NCBI RefSeq assembly: GCF_006345805.1
Contig: NC_042997.1
Coordinates: 176,514,001 to 176,578,000, forward strand
Length of the DNA stretch: 64,000 nt
From: Octopus sinensis
Lineage: Eukaryota
Direction of reading: 5' to 3'
Below, piece after piece: positions 27,665 to 39,655 of the stretch. Both the position numbers and the translations under genes were made by a program. How positions within the stretch are numbered: the stretch's first letter is position 1; each line of letters opens with the position of its first letter. The notes beneath the pieces were generated by a model. That model saw only the letters and a list, made by a program, of their open reading frames with translations, had not been told where the DNA came from and searched no databases.

Positions 27665-28424
27665 CATGTATGTCTTTGTACCTGTGTTGTTCTCACACCC
27701 ACTGCTTGACAACCAGTTTGTTTGCATTCCTGTAACTTAGGAGTTCAGCAAAAGAGACTAGTAGAGTAAGTGCTGGACTCAAAACAAAGGAAACAGTTCT
27801 GAGGTTGTTTTGTTTGACTGAACCCTTCAAGGCAGGGCACAGTGTGGTCACAATCAAATGAGTGAAACAAACAAAGTATTACTTTAGTAGATTATCCAGT
27901 GTAGGCTTCCACACAGTATCTGACAACCAAATTTACTGACAAAGCATTGGTTGGTCCAGGGCTAGAATAGAAGACACTTGCTCAAGGGGCTGTGCAGTAG
28001 GACTGAACCCAAAACAATATAGTTGCAAAGCAAGCTTCTTAAACCATGAATCTTATGAATATTTTAGAGGGAAATATGTTCATTCACAGCAGTAACAGTA
28101 GGACAAAATTTGTTTACTCTCAACCAAAGTAAGGTCCTATAACCTCACTACCTCCTCCTGGTCCAATAGAAAAAAAAAGGACCTTATGGAGGGGATCACA
28201 TGACAACTATAGCACCCTTTATTTCTCTATAACTTCTGGAAGAGTTACATCAGTCCTATATAATGTTAACAAAAAAAAAAAAACGAAGTAGACTAACATG
28301 TAATTTTTGAACATAAGAATTTAAAAATTAAAAATGACAAGAAAACAGAATTTTCACTCATCAGTTTTGCAATCACTAATTTTGATCTATTTTTATCTTT
28401 AAAAAAAAACCTCCAAAAAACTAG

Positions 28425-28522
28425 GAAATGGCATGTATAACACTGTTCATGCAGGACAATGGCAGACAATACCCTCATCATTACATGGAATCTGCTGTCA
28501 CAACATACTTGGCCACCTGCAG
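28425..28522 (+). CDS. TRAPPC8: TRAPPC8 coding exon
   Basis: aactag|..|gttagt; EMACITLFMQDNGRQYPHHYMESAVTTYLATC matches EMAAVSAFLQ...YPAHYMDTAIQTY. Confidence 0.93.
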
Positions 28523-29479
28523 GTTAGTTAGGTTTCATTTGTTTTCTAACTTTGATTGGTGTGCTCTGGTTTTCTAATATTTATATATGTGTTGTGTGTG
28601 TGTATGCATATGTAAGTTTGTGTGTGTGTGTATTTTTTTTTGTTTTTAGTGTGTCTTCACTGGAACTGTGTATGAGCAAAATATTGATTACATCTCTTGT
28701 GAACAGTATTTCCAGCAGCCTTGTGGTCCAGTTTTAATGTGTGAAGACTAGTGAAAAACAAACCTTACCTGAAAACCAGGGTTGGCTACAGAGAAAGCAT
28801 TTGACTGTAGAAAACTACCTTAATTAGTTCTGTTTAAACCATGATAACATGGAAAAAGCAAATATAAAAATATATGGAAAGCTTGAAGAAATACCGCAAA
28901 GCATTTGTCATATAATAATGGCAAAAATATCTTTATTCTTATGGTAAATCGACAGAACATATTGCTCTAAATAATATTTAACAGTATCTAGTTTCCCTGC
29001 TTCTGTGTTTGTAGTTTAAAGCTGTCTGTTTACAGGATTCTGTTAAACCAATTATGCATCTTCTGGGCAGATTTGTACCAGTGTAAGGAGTTGTTGCTGC
29101 TGTTGTTAAGGCTGTGAACTGGCAGAATAGTTAATGCATCAGACATAATGTTTAGCGTTACTTCCAGCTCTTTGTTTTGAACTCAAATGTTGCTGATGTA
29201 CCAGTTGTGTGCTGGGGTTGATGCAGTTGACTAAACTTCCTCTGAAATTTCAGGCCTTGTGCCTCTATTGCAAAGGATTATGTCAGCAATACCTTGCTTC
29301 AACTAGCTTATAAATTTTGTTTTAGCTGTTTGCCAAGAGTCTGTTCAAAATTTTTCTTCTATGAAGGGTTCCTCAGCTCTGTTGTATTTTCACCCTTCAA
29401 ATCAGAATTGACAATTATTTTTATAAAATGTACTCATTTCTTCTAAAAAAATTTTATAATGCATAACATTGAATTATTC

Positions 29480-30390
29480 AATAGAAAGCCAGGGGAGTGA
29501 GATTACAGACGAGAAGAGCAGTGTTTACATCTCCTTTACTGTCAAACCCAAATGCCACCACTACCAGTACCAACCAAAGCAACAACAATAAAAACTGAAA
29601 TCAACAATAATGAAAAAAATAATTGTTGCTTCAACACAATTACCAATTCCAATACAAACCTCATCATTAAGACCAAAACAGTAATAAAAAAAAATCAAAA
29701 CACTACAATTCACAAATTGGATGTTCACAGGTTCTCATGTGTTGTACTGCCAGTGGAAGAATTTTTTTTTATCACTCCAGGATTTAGAAAATGCTAAAAA
29801 TCACCTTATGAATTCTAACTAGAATGTAGCATTAATATACCTGAATTCATCCAGGAAGAAATTGATCTCAAAACTATCATTTACAGATGTATAGGAATGA
29901 AAAGCCAGAAAATAGAGCAAGTGACACAACAGCAAATACAAAAATGCCTCAAACAAATCTGGGGTATCAAAATGTACATCACTGGGGGGGGGGGGGGGGA
30001 ATGTGTGGTAGAAATGAGATTTCCAATTGAGGATGAGGCCAGGAAGTACTCCACAACAATCCTAATGAATGACAAACTGGTCCTCGTACCAATCTACTTT
30101 AGCTAGAGAGTAGTAAGAATAAAGGTGTTTGGTGTGGCCCCAGAAATAAACATGCTGACTAGCTAGCTGGTGGCAGTTGTCCTTTTTTGACAGATGAAAC
30201 CAATGTTCAGCAAGTCCAAAGGATGGAGCTTTTGATCTAAATGGATCAAGTATGGAAGTCATCCTAGACCTGACCAATCTGCCAAGTGACTCACAGCTGT
30301 TTGCGGCTATTGTGGTGAGCAGGAGTGACAACGTTTCTGGAGAGACCTGGAGATGTCAAACCAACTGACACAGAGGACTTTTGGACTAGG
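29480..30390 (+). mobile_element. Decayed LINE ORF1 (gag-like) fragment
   Basis: QKCLKQIWGIKMYITGGG..VVEMRFPIEDEARKYST..L..DKLVLVPIY..RVVRIKVFGVAPEI resembles L1/Tx1-like ORF1; family assignment from memory. Confidence 0.5.
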
Positions 30391-30931
30391 TTACTTGGAT
30401 AATTAGTACTGCGGTTGATGTAATTGATTTGCTGCTCTCTCAAATTCTCTCAGTGTGTGCCAAAATTAGAAAGAGTTATTATTATTATTGATAGAATTGT
30501 TAAAGTGTTATACAGAATACCTTTTGATATTTTTTTAGCTCTTTACATTCTGATTTCAAATCTTGCTGTCAGCTTTATCTTTCATCATTCTGCTGATGAT
30601 AAAATAAAGCTCCTATCAAGCACTGCAATCAATATGATTGACTATACCCCTTCCCCAAATTTCAGGTCCTGTGCCAGTATAAGAAATCATTATCATATAA
30701 GGCATCTACTTGGAATTGTTTTATTACCACACCACAATTATAAGATACTGGAAAGTAATAATTTGTATTGGTATTTTTGTTCTTAAATTGTATTTTAAAT
30801 TACATTTGTGTGAATTGTTTCATTTATTTTTCAAATATCTGAATGTCCATATTTACATTTAACACATGCAAATATAGTCTTTGAAGAATCTTAGCTTATA
30901 GAGGCTTTTTTTTTTTCGTTTTTTTTCACAG

Positions 30932-31037
30932 AAATCCACAGCTTGCTGCAAGGGGAACACTAATCAGTACAGAAGCTTTAAAAAGCAAAGGCATGTATGG
31001 AGAGGCTGCTATGCAATTTATTAAAATGATTAGTGAG
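30932..31037 (+). CDS. TRAPPC8: TRAPPC8 coding exon
   Basis: tttcacag|..|gtaaga; NPQLAARGTLISTEALKSKGMYGEAAMQFIKMISE. Confidence 0.93.
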
Positions 31038-31110
31038 GTAAGATGTCACTATGTCTGATTAATAAATCACCATCTTCATCTTTGTTTTAATTCTCTTTTT
31101 CTCTTTTACT

Positions 31111-31287
31111 TGTTTCAGTCATTTGACTGTGACCATGCTGGAGCACCACCTTTAGTCGAGCAAATCAACCCTAGGACTTATTCTTTGTAAGCCTAGTACT
31201 TATTCTATCGGTCTCTTTTGCCGAACAGCTAAGTTACGGTGGTGTTGTTAAGCGATGTTGGGGGGACAAACACAGTCACAAACACAC

Positions 31288-31324
<37 letters not shown>

Positions 31325-31478
31325 CGCCAGCTTTTCGGTTCCTGTCTACCAAATCCACTTACAAAGCTTTGGTCAGCCTGAGGCTATAGTAGAAGATACT
31401 TGCCCAAGGTGCCACACAATGGGACTGAACCTGGAACCATGTGGTTTGTAAGCAAGCTACTCACCACACAGCCACTTC
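31111..31478 (-). mobile_element. Composite tRNA-headed SINE with internal CA/TA microsatellite, family B (related pieces at 1-165, 27440-28040, 43860-44030, 47585-47945)
   Basis: Reverse complement starts with a tRNA-like head (tggctgtgtggtgag..ggttcagtccc..ccttgggcaagt); modules recur in the window. Confidence 0.8.
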
Positions 31479-32734
31479 TATGCCTAATATTAAATTTTTC
31501 TGCACATATATTGCTATGGCATCTTCACAAATCTTGGTCTTTTATGGTTTTTTACCCTTGAAATTCCACCTTCATGGGTTTGATCTAACATGTTTCTTAA
31601 TTACTTCTGCAATGAGTATTTTCTAACATCAGTTCATACCATTCTACTCGGTGTTATCAACTGTGGCTGTATCCCTATAAATTCTCAGCAGGAAAGAGAG
31701 ATACATGGCTGCATGGTTCTCTCTGTCCCTGAGGCACCCATGTATCTCCTCTGTAGCAAGAATCCTGTCCCTCTTTCATACTTCAGCCTCTCAAAATCTG
31801 TTACAGAGCCACCTCCCTCAAGGCTTCACCCTTACTACTGACCTCACCAATGTTAGTGTCACAAAAAAAAAAAAAGCACCCAGTACACTCTGTAAAATAG
31901 TTGCATTTGGAAGGGTATGCAGCTGTAGAAACCTTGCCAAAGTAGACATTCAGACCAATGCAACCTTCAAGCTAGTTGGATTCTATTGAACTGTCCAACC
32001 CATGCCAGCATGGAATATAGATGTTAAATGATAATGAAATCAATCCATATGTTGTATTCAGTATTGTGTGGAATTCCTTTCCCACTCAACTTTACTGTAG
32101 ACATTGATTTGTAGGTGTTCATGTTGAATATAAACTGTATCAATGTCACTTTTATTTTTTGGAAAGCTGGCAAAGGTTATATATGCAACCATGGAATTCA
32201 GCAGTCACAAATTAGTAAATGGTTTATCTTTTCATGGGTTTCTTAACATTGTTACTTGAGTACCATTTCTGCTTGCCATTAAGTTTAGAAACCTAATATA
32301 AACCTACTTTCAGTAAGGGACATATTAATATTTGTCTATACTATAAGTGAACCATCTGTATTATGTTTATATATAATACTCCTTCATTTTAAACTTCTGG
32401 TATCTCCTTTTCCTATTTACTAAATCTGTTTTCCTATCTACTTACTTTTGGATGTGCTTATCCTTACTTCAAACTGTTTACTTATGAAATTGGTTTGGAA
32501 ACATTTTGTGTGTCTGTTAGTCAATCAGGCACCTTGAAGCAAGAAGAGTCGTGTGCTCTGCTCAACTTAATCGTTTTAGTATACAAGATTATCTTTATTT
32601 AATATTAAGCATGTCTTGTTGCAACACCTATATTGTATTGTGTAATAATTCGGAAAACTTGGACAGAAAATTATATATAAGAAATACTTGTGTAATTCTT
32701 TGTTACTATGTCTGTGTTTCTTTATTTATTATAG

Positions 32735-32869
32735 CAAGATTCTGATCTAAGAAGTGCATTGTTACTTGAGCAAGCAGCTCACTGTTATATCAAAAAGCGT
32801 CCACCTATGGCACGCAAATATGCCTTTCATATGATTTTGGCTGGTCACAGATTCAGCAAATCAGGTCAA
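32735..32869 (+). CDS. TRAPPC8: TRAPPC8 coding exon
   Basis: ttatag|..|gtaagt; QDSDLRSALLLEQAAHCYIKKRPPMARKYAFHMILAGHRFSKSGQ, near-identical to the human motif. Confidence 0.97.
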
Positions 32870-33248
32870 GTAAGTGAATACTCTAAATACTTTTGTGTTA
32901 CAGAAAACATGTTTTTATTTTAAAGATTTTTATTGCTAGATTCTTAAAATATACCCAGGAAACCTATACTATTCATAAAATTATTGTGCATTTAAAAAAA
33001 AAAAATTTTTAAGTTTTTCTAACCTTTTGTTGAGTCATATTTTTAAGATTTATATTTAAACAAATAATAAAATTTCCTGATAAAAGTTAAAATGATTTGA
33101 TACATATTTCTGCAATACTTTTTGTTTAATCATTATTTGGTTCTTGATTGAGATTATTCAACAGATATGATGATACAGGCTATTAAATTAAAATTTCAAA
33201 ACTTTGTGATTCATTCAACATGACAGAAATTAAAAATTTTTTTTATAG

Positions 33249-33320
33249 AAAAAACATGCTTTACGGTCATACTCACAAGCCCTTCAAGTTTACAAAGGCA
33301 AACATTGGTCTTTAGCAGAG
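33249..33320 (+). CDS. TRAPPC8: TRAPPC8 coding exon
   Basis: ttttatag|..|gtaaga; KKHALRSYSQALQVYKGKHWSLAE. Confidence 0.97.
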
Positions 33321-34039
33321 GTAAGAATTTATGAGATGATATCTTCTTTTGGCAGTATATTATGCTATTGTGGTTCTGTAGATTCAGGTGATCTCTTATG
33401 AAGTCAATTTATGTTATATAGTCAGTTAAATGAACTTGCCAAGGGTCCTGTATATTTCAGCATTTATTGATTTATCATATGGAGTGCAGTTTAATCATCT
33501 GGGCACATGACTTATTCCACTATCCATACTTTTGTGTTCTTCTAAGTTCTGGTGATAGTCAAAGGTAGGAAATGTAGCCTTAGTTGGAGTACAAAAGTTA
33601 ATGTTATTTTTCAATTATCATTAGTTGTGTGCAACCCAGTGCTGTGTTTATAGCTAATAGGTTTTGTTTCACAAACAAAAAGAAAAAAAAACTTTCATTG
33701 AATCAGATTTTGTATCAGTAAATTACTCAAAATGTTAGACTGTAATGTCTGTTCACATGATTCCGATTGGAAATAAAAACTCGAGGTGTATGTTGATATG
33801 TCACAAGATAGGATTTGATGTTGGCAAATTGAGCTACATAATATATTGTACAGAATTTTACACTTCTGACAATTTCTTAAACTTTTGTTAGTCACATGGG
33901 ATAAATAGACAAAAACATCTACCTCCCAGAACAACTGAGCCATGAGTGTGCCACACCATCTGCAACACACCCACACTGAGTCACAATAGTAGAGGAAGGG
34001 AGCAAAAAAAAATAAGTTGCCACAAATTATAAATTTTAT

Positions 34040-34331
34040 TTTTTCATGCACGCCCTTTTCAAGTCTGTTGGTCCGGTTGCAATCGGGAGTGTCCCATTCT
34101 CCGGGATCGAGGTTTCATTACTGGGGAGTGTATGTTTTGTTTTCATCTTCCCAGCTAGAGCGGACCGCAATTCCACTGCAAGTCTTAGTCTCAACTATAA
34201 ATGGAAGAGAAGAATGGGAGCTTTAGGTGTTTTCGCTCAATAAACACACACAATGCTCAGTCTGGGAATCGAAACCGCAATCCTCCGACTGCAAGTCCAC
34301 TGCCCTAACCACTGGGCCATTGCACCTCCAC
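34040..34331 (-). mobile_element. tRNA-headed SINE (related + copy at about 40100-40380)
   Basis: Reverse complement gtggaggtgcaatggcccagtggttagggc..gcggtttcgattccc with A/B boxes; 40100 copy shares the head and acacctaa(a)gctcca. Confidence 0.75.
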
Positions 34332-34566
34332 TCAACTATAAATTATGAGCATTTAAAAAGGTCTAGGGTGTCAATACATTCCATGTGACTAATGATTGGT
34401 TAAATGTTATTTTTCCATTTGTTTGGTAGATCTAGATTCTGAATATATCAGTGAGTGTCAACCCCATCTTTTTTTTAAAGCTTATAAATGAATTTGTATA
34501 ATATTCAAATTATTTGTAAACTTCAGTAAATTTTTTGATTAATATAAACCATTTTCTGTTTCAAAG

Positions 34567-34617
34567 GATCATATCAACTTTATCATTGGCCGCCAGTCTT
34601 TCATCTCCCAATTCTGA
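34567..34617 (+). CDS. TRAPPC8: TRAPPC8 exon, truncated or disrupted (homologous for 12 codons, stop at 34615-34617)
   Basis: tttcaaag|GAT CAT ATC AAC TTT ATC ATT GGC CGC CAG TCT TTC = DHINFIIGRQSF (human DHINFTIGRQSY), then ISQF* with no further similarity and no plausible donor. Confidence 0.8.
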   Translation, partial: DHINFIIGRQSFISQF

Positions 34618-34843
34618 GCCAATAAGTGTTTCACCAGCAGACTGGTACCCTCTTGACAGCTCCTTATATAGCTGGTACTAGAACTTGTTTCATTCTGTCA
34701 AATATATTATTAAATACCACTAATTATTTGAAAAAATTTTCTTCGGTTTTATTTTCATATTTTACTTGTCCTAAAGTTAAAAGTATTATCAATCTCTTAG
34801 ATTCTTGCTCTTCTAACAATATTTCTTTTAAATATTCTTATAG

Positions 34844-34979
34844 CAACTCCTTGGTCAGTCATTAAATGAGGGAACATTATATCCAGGGCCACTTCCTGAA
34901 CTTCCGCTGCCAACTGTAGATAGCAATGTCACCAAAGTGCTTCTCTGTAATACTGTTACTCCAAGAACAATATCTGATG
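34844..34979 (+). CDS. TRAPPC8: TRAPPC8 coding exon
   Basis: ttcttatag|..|gtataa; QLLGQSLNEGTLYPGPLPELPLPTVDSNVTKVLL matches DGPLPQLPLPYINSSATRV. Confidence 0.92.
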
Positions 34980-36113
34980 GTATAATCAACCTAACATTTG
35001 GACACATATTTTATTATTATTGTTTCTTTTCTTTTTCTAAGTTTTACATGCTTACTATGGAAAATGTAAATTGTTTCATCATCGTTTAACATCAGCTAAT
35101 AATAATTCTTTCAAATTTTGGCATAGGACCAGCAATTTTAGGAGGAGAGGGTTTAGTTGACTATTTCAACTCCAGTAGTTGACCAGTAGTTTATTTTATC
35201 AACCCCAAAAGGATGAAAGGCAAAGTTGACCTTGGCAGGATTTGGATTCATTTTATAAATTAGAAGACTTGGTATTTTGTCTGATACTCAAATGATTCTG
35301 CTAGCTCACTGCCTTAATAATCATAATTATCATGCTTTCTACTATAGACACAAGGCCTGAAATTTTGGGAGAAGAGGTTAAGTTGATTACATTGACCCCA
35401 TTGTTCAACTGGTACTTATTTTATGGACCCCAAAAGGATGAAAGCAAAGTCAACATTGGCGGAATTTGAACTCAGAACATAAAGGCAGGAGAAATGCCAC
35501 AAAGCATTTTGTTTGGCACAGTACTTATTCTCTCAAGTTTTGAGGGAGTAGGTTAATCCATACTATTGACCCTAGTACTTGATTTCCAATTTATTTTTAT
35601 CAATTCTAAAAAGATGCCAGCGTAGAAAACAGACGTTAAATGTTGATGATGATGATAATTGGCCGATGCTTGCTTCCTTTTTTGAGATGACTTAGTGTGA
35701 TTCAGACATATCATCCATGACTGCATTATCTAGTTGTGATCTTGTATTTCTAGCAAATCATATGACCATGTAGAAACCTTTTTTCAATACAAGTTATGCT
35801 AAATAATAGTTATGACTCAAGTACAGATTTTGTCTCTACTAACTCTTTGAATTACAGAATTATATGTTATTGTAATACTTCGGTTATAATTTCTTCCTCT
35901 TTATAAAAACACTTCAGAAGTAATGTTGATCAATTTTAATACAATTGTCAATGTACTACCCTCTTTTTTTGTTTGTTTGTTTGTTTGTTTGTTAATGTAA
36001 AATTCCAGTTTAAATGCAAATTTACTAATTTACTTCAGTGAAAATAATGATAGTGTCTATTAGGGTTTTCCTTATATGCTTTTGGTGTTAATTTTTTTTT
36101 TATTTACTTATAG

Positions 36114-36302
36114 TGAATCCAGTTCTTGTTGGTGTTTGTATGTCTCAGGAGGATACTGAAAATGAGAAATGGTTTGAGTTAGAGAAACAACTTGTATTGA
36201 GTACTTGCAACGGAGGCAGTTTACCGCTGAATTTCCGACCAAGCTTACATTGCTTTACAGATTCTACAGATAATAAATTTAACCCAATTGGTTTTGTTGG
36301 AG
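36114..36302 (+). CDS. TRAPPC8: TRAPPC8 coding exon
   Basis: acttatag|..|gtttgt; KWFELEKQLV...NFRPSLHCFTDSTDNKFNPIGFVG matches QWRELEEQVV...NFHPTQYCLNSYSDNSRFPLAVV. Confidence 0.93.
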
Positions 36303-37090
36303 GTTTGTGTTACTGGAAGTTTTTTTACTCAAAGTATTCACCATAACTTGTTTTTAATTTACTGTTAATCAGATAAATGACTCCTCTCTCTCTTTCTGGA
36401 TAGAAATACAGTCTTTTTTTTATCTTTATTGTGCATCAGTAGTTATTTTTTAAGTGAGATTGTTAGTTAAATTTCTACCCCAAGAGCACAAATCTATTTT
36501 TACTATTGATTATAAATTCTCATTTAATGTAACATGTATTCATAATATGAACTGGTATCCCAGAATATGATACATTAGTTCTCACAACCTTTCACTCTTG
36601 ATAAGAAGGATATTATGATAATGCCAGTCTTTAAACAGATTATAGTATTTTTGTTTAAAAGGGAACTAAAAATGATCATAAAAAGCTTTGTATGACTGAA
36701 TATAGATTCTTGCTATGTTAAGAGAGAAATGGTTAATGATATAAGTTTGTTGTTTTTCACATCAATATAACCATCATATAGAAGAATTTATTTGAATAGT
36801 TTTCTAGAAGTATCTTTTATATTTGCTCCTTTCAAGTTGTAGTTGAAAAGAATCCATTCAGTGATCTGCAATATACCTCTTAAATTTTTTAACATTTGTG
36901 CTATTGAATTATCAGTATAAACATATTGCTATACCTTACTTTTTATGTAGATTGTGTAAGATCAGAATAAGTTAATATTAGTCATGAGCTTATATTAGAA
37001 TTTTTTCCCTCAGTACATTAAGTATGAGGGCCCTAACTTATTCTTCATGCAGATAGCATTCCTGAGTAACTTTGGTCATGAAGTTTTTAA

Positions 37091-37289
37091 CCCTTAAGCA
37101 TTTAGACTGGCCATATCTAGCTCTACTTCTTTTATGTTCAAACTGCCCAGATCCAGCCTCTTATCCCTACCTGACAATATCATTCTAAAAAGGAACAGTC
37201 ACATCATTGAAATTACAAGGCTATGAGATAATGCATGATTAATTTTTAAAAATGTCAATAAATAAGCATTATCTTTGAATGCTTAAGAG
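37091..37289 (-). mobile_element. piggyBac-type MITE
   Basis: TTAA|cccttaagcatt...aatgcttaagag|TTAA; same family as 43461 and 62384. Confidence 0.75.
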
Positions 37290-37437
37290 TTAACTAAACT
37301 TGTTTCTTCTCTGTTTTGATCCACTTGATCCTAAAACCTGTTTCATCCATTGAAATGTTTAATAGAATTGCGTTTTTCATTTAAAATTACTTTTTTTTTT
37401 CACTTTTTTAATGTTCCATTTTTTCTTCTTTTTTTAG

Positions 37438-37586
37438 AAAAAGTTAGTGTTGAAGTGCATCTTGTGAATCCTCTTAAGATTACTTTATTATTAACTGATG
37501 TAGTTTTGTTGTGGACATTTTTGCCTCATCTACCTGATAATCAAGAGAAATCACCACTTATAACCAATGAAGTTTCTTCTGTAAAA
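37438..37586 (+). CDS. TRAPPC8: TRAPPC8 coding exon
   Basis: tttttag|..|gtaagg; KVSVEVHLVNPLKITLLLTDVVLLWTF matches ITVEVAFRNPLKVLLLLTDLSLLWKF. Confidence 0.95.
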
Positions 37587-37778
37587 GTAAGGGCCTTTTT
37601 CTTTCATTTTATTTCTTTCTTTTGAATTCAAACTCTACTGTAGTAACTTGAGATGTATAAAAAACTTCATGTTAGAATAAGAACAATTTCTGACCAACAG
37701 ATAATAATATCATTCTGTATATATGACACAACTTGCCAAATAGCCTACCACAACTCCAGGTTATTTGCTACTTAATTA

Positions 37779-39040
37779 TCAGGTTGTTCCGAAAATAATG
37801 GCTACTCTAAGTGTAGTTTTGAAGCTCAATTTTATCGTAGTGTTTTAATTATATTTTAGGTGAATTTCGACATACTTAATAATTGATGTATGCTCCTTAA
37901 ATTTTTCTACTTATTTTAAACAGAAAACATTCTTGAAGCATAGGCGCCCTTAATTATGAACATGACTAAAAAAGACCTTTGCTTGCTTTTCTTGCATGAG
38001 TTCAAGCTTGGGCACAATGCCTCCCAAACTGCTGCCAATATCAACAGAGCATGGGGAGAGGGGTCCACAAGTGATCGCACAATGCGAAGGTGGTTTCTGA
38101 AATTCTGTAGTGGTGATGAGATCCTTGAAGATGAAGAAGGTAGAGGAAAGTCATGCAGTCTTGACAATGAACAATTGAAAACAATTTTTGAACCAAACTC
38201 ACATCAAAGTGCCAGAGAAATGTCTCAGACACTTGGTATTGGTATTGCAATGGTCACATGCATTCTGCAGAAGATTGGTATGATGAATGGGTTCTGCAGG
38301 AGCTCAATGAAAATCAAAAAGTTCAGCATTTTGAAGTGTGCTCGATGCTCTTTCTGTGAAGCACCAATGATCCTTTCCTTGACCAAATAGTCACTTGTGA
38401 TGAAAAGTGGATCCTTTATGATAACCACAAATGATCAGGTCAGTGGACTGATCATGAGTCCCCCAAACATTTCCCAAAGCCAAAGTTGCGTCACCAAAAG
38501 ATAATGGTGACTGTCTGGTGGTCTGCAATTAGTGTTGTCCATTACAGCTTTCTGGAAGTCAATCAGAGCATTACAGCAGAGGTTTACAGCTATCATCTTG
38601 CTGAAATGCATGCTCACTTGCAAAAAATGAGACCTGCATTGGTGAATCGGCGTGGCCCAATTCTGCTCCACGATAATGTAAAGCCACATATTATAAGAAT
38701 GACGCTGCAGAAACTCAGATTTGGGATATGAGATTTTACCATATCCTCCATATTCTCCTGTTCTTTCACCCACTGACTACGATTTTTTAAAGCATTTAAA
38801 CATGTTTTTAAGTGATAAAACCTTCAGGCCTAAACTAGAGGTGGAATCAGCTTTCAATGATTTTTTAGCACAAAGCCAATAAGTTTTTATCCATAAGGCA
38901 TAAATAATATCGTTGAATGATGGCAGTTATGCATAGATGTTCACGGCTCATACTTTGACCAATCAAAGCATTTCTGTTGTGAATTTTTTCAGAATAAAAT
39001 TATGTTTCTGAAATTGGCCATTATTTTCAGAACAACCTAA
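37779..39040 (+). mobile_element. Near full-length mariner (Hsmar1/cecropia-like) DNA transposon with decayed DD34D transposase
   Basis: TIRs tcaggttgttccgaaaataatggc / gccattattttcagaacaacctaa, TA on both sides, 1262 bp; frameshifted ORF from 37956 with HTH (FLHEFKLGHNA..WF.KF.SGD), WVLQEL (WVPHEL), VTCDEKW, LLHDN, YSPVLSPTDY. Confidence 0.95.
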
Positions 39041-39130
39041 TATTTACTTCTGTGATGCTCAGTTAATTAATGTTTCTGATTAAATTACCTCCAAAGAATC
39101 TGTTAATATATTTTAACGTCTCTCATACAG

Positions 39131-39205
39131 AATAAATTGGCTGATGAAATTATTCATACAGAAGTTTTAAAAGAAGTTACATTAACAGGAAATATGGAAT
39201 TACCG
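39131..39205 (+). CDS. TRAPPC8: TRAPPC8 coding exon
   Basis: ctcatacag|..|gtgagt; NKLADEIIHTEVLKEVTLTGNMELP, phase 0-0, position matches EMIGAEVISEFLI. Confidence 0.85.
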
Positions 39206-39655
39206 GTGAGTATATTTAATTTCATTCTTCTTCTACTTCTCTACCATTTTAATTAAGTTTGGGGATTGTGGGGTATTACGTTAAAATGTGAAGAAATAAG
39301 ATCTAATCAACAATAGTTATGTAGTAAAAAAAAAAGAAGAAAAATTTCAGTGAACAACTCTGATCTTGGCAAATACAGATGCCAACACTAAACAGGTTTC
39401 AGTCGTATGAAATCTCATCAGTGAAACATAACCTTCTTCATACTTGCCAGATTTGTAATAAGAGAATGGTTAGGGTTTCAAATAACCTGTTTATACCAGT
39501 ATGAATTATCGGTGTTGTTTAGAACCATAGTGGTTGTGATGATGTGAATGTGAGGAAAATGCAATTTGTTTATTGTTAAGATATTTATTGTGTATATTTT
39601 TTTCTACATTCAAAAATATTTTATTTTTAAAATGTGATGCATTTGTTTTTAATAG

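Noticed and set aside
29984-29998. G homopolymer, possible G-quadruplex
   Set aside because: Single expanded run inside a decayed LINE ORF1; length is unreliable in assemblies.
34603-34843. Idea that the missing TRAPPC8 exon part is present as a micro-inversion or behind a U12-type intron
   Set aside because: Reverse-complement frames give only chance tetrapeptides (KHLL, EYL) in the wrong order, and the breakpoint is ATCTCC, not the RTATCCTT U12 donor.
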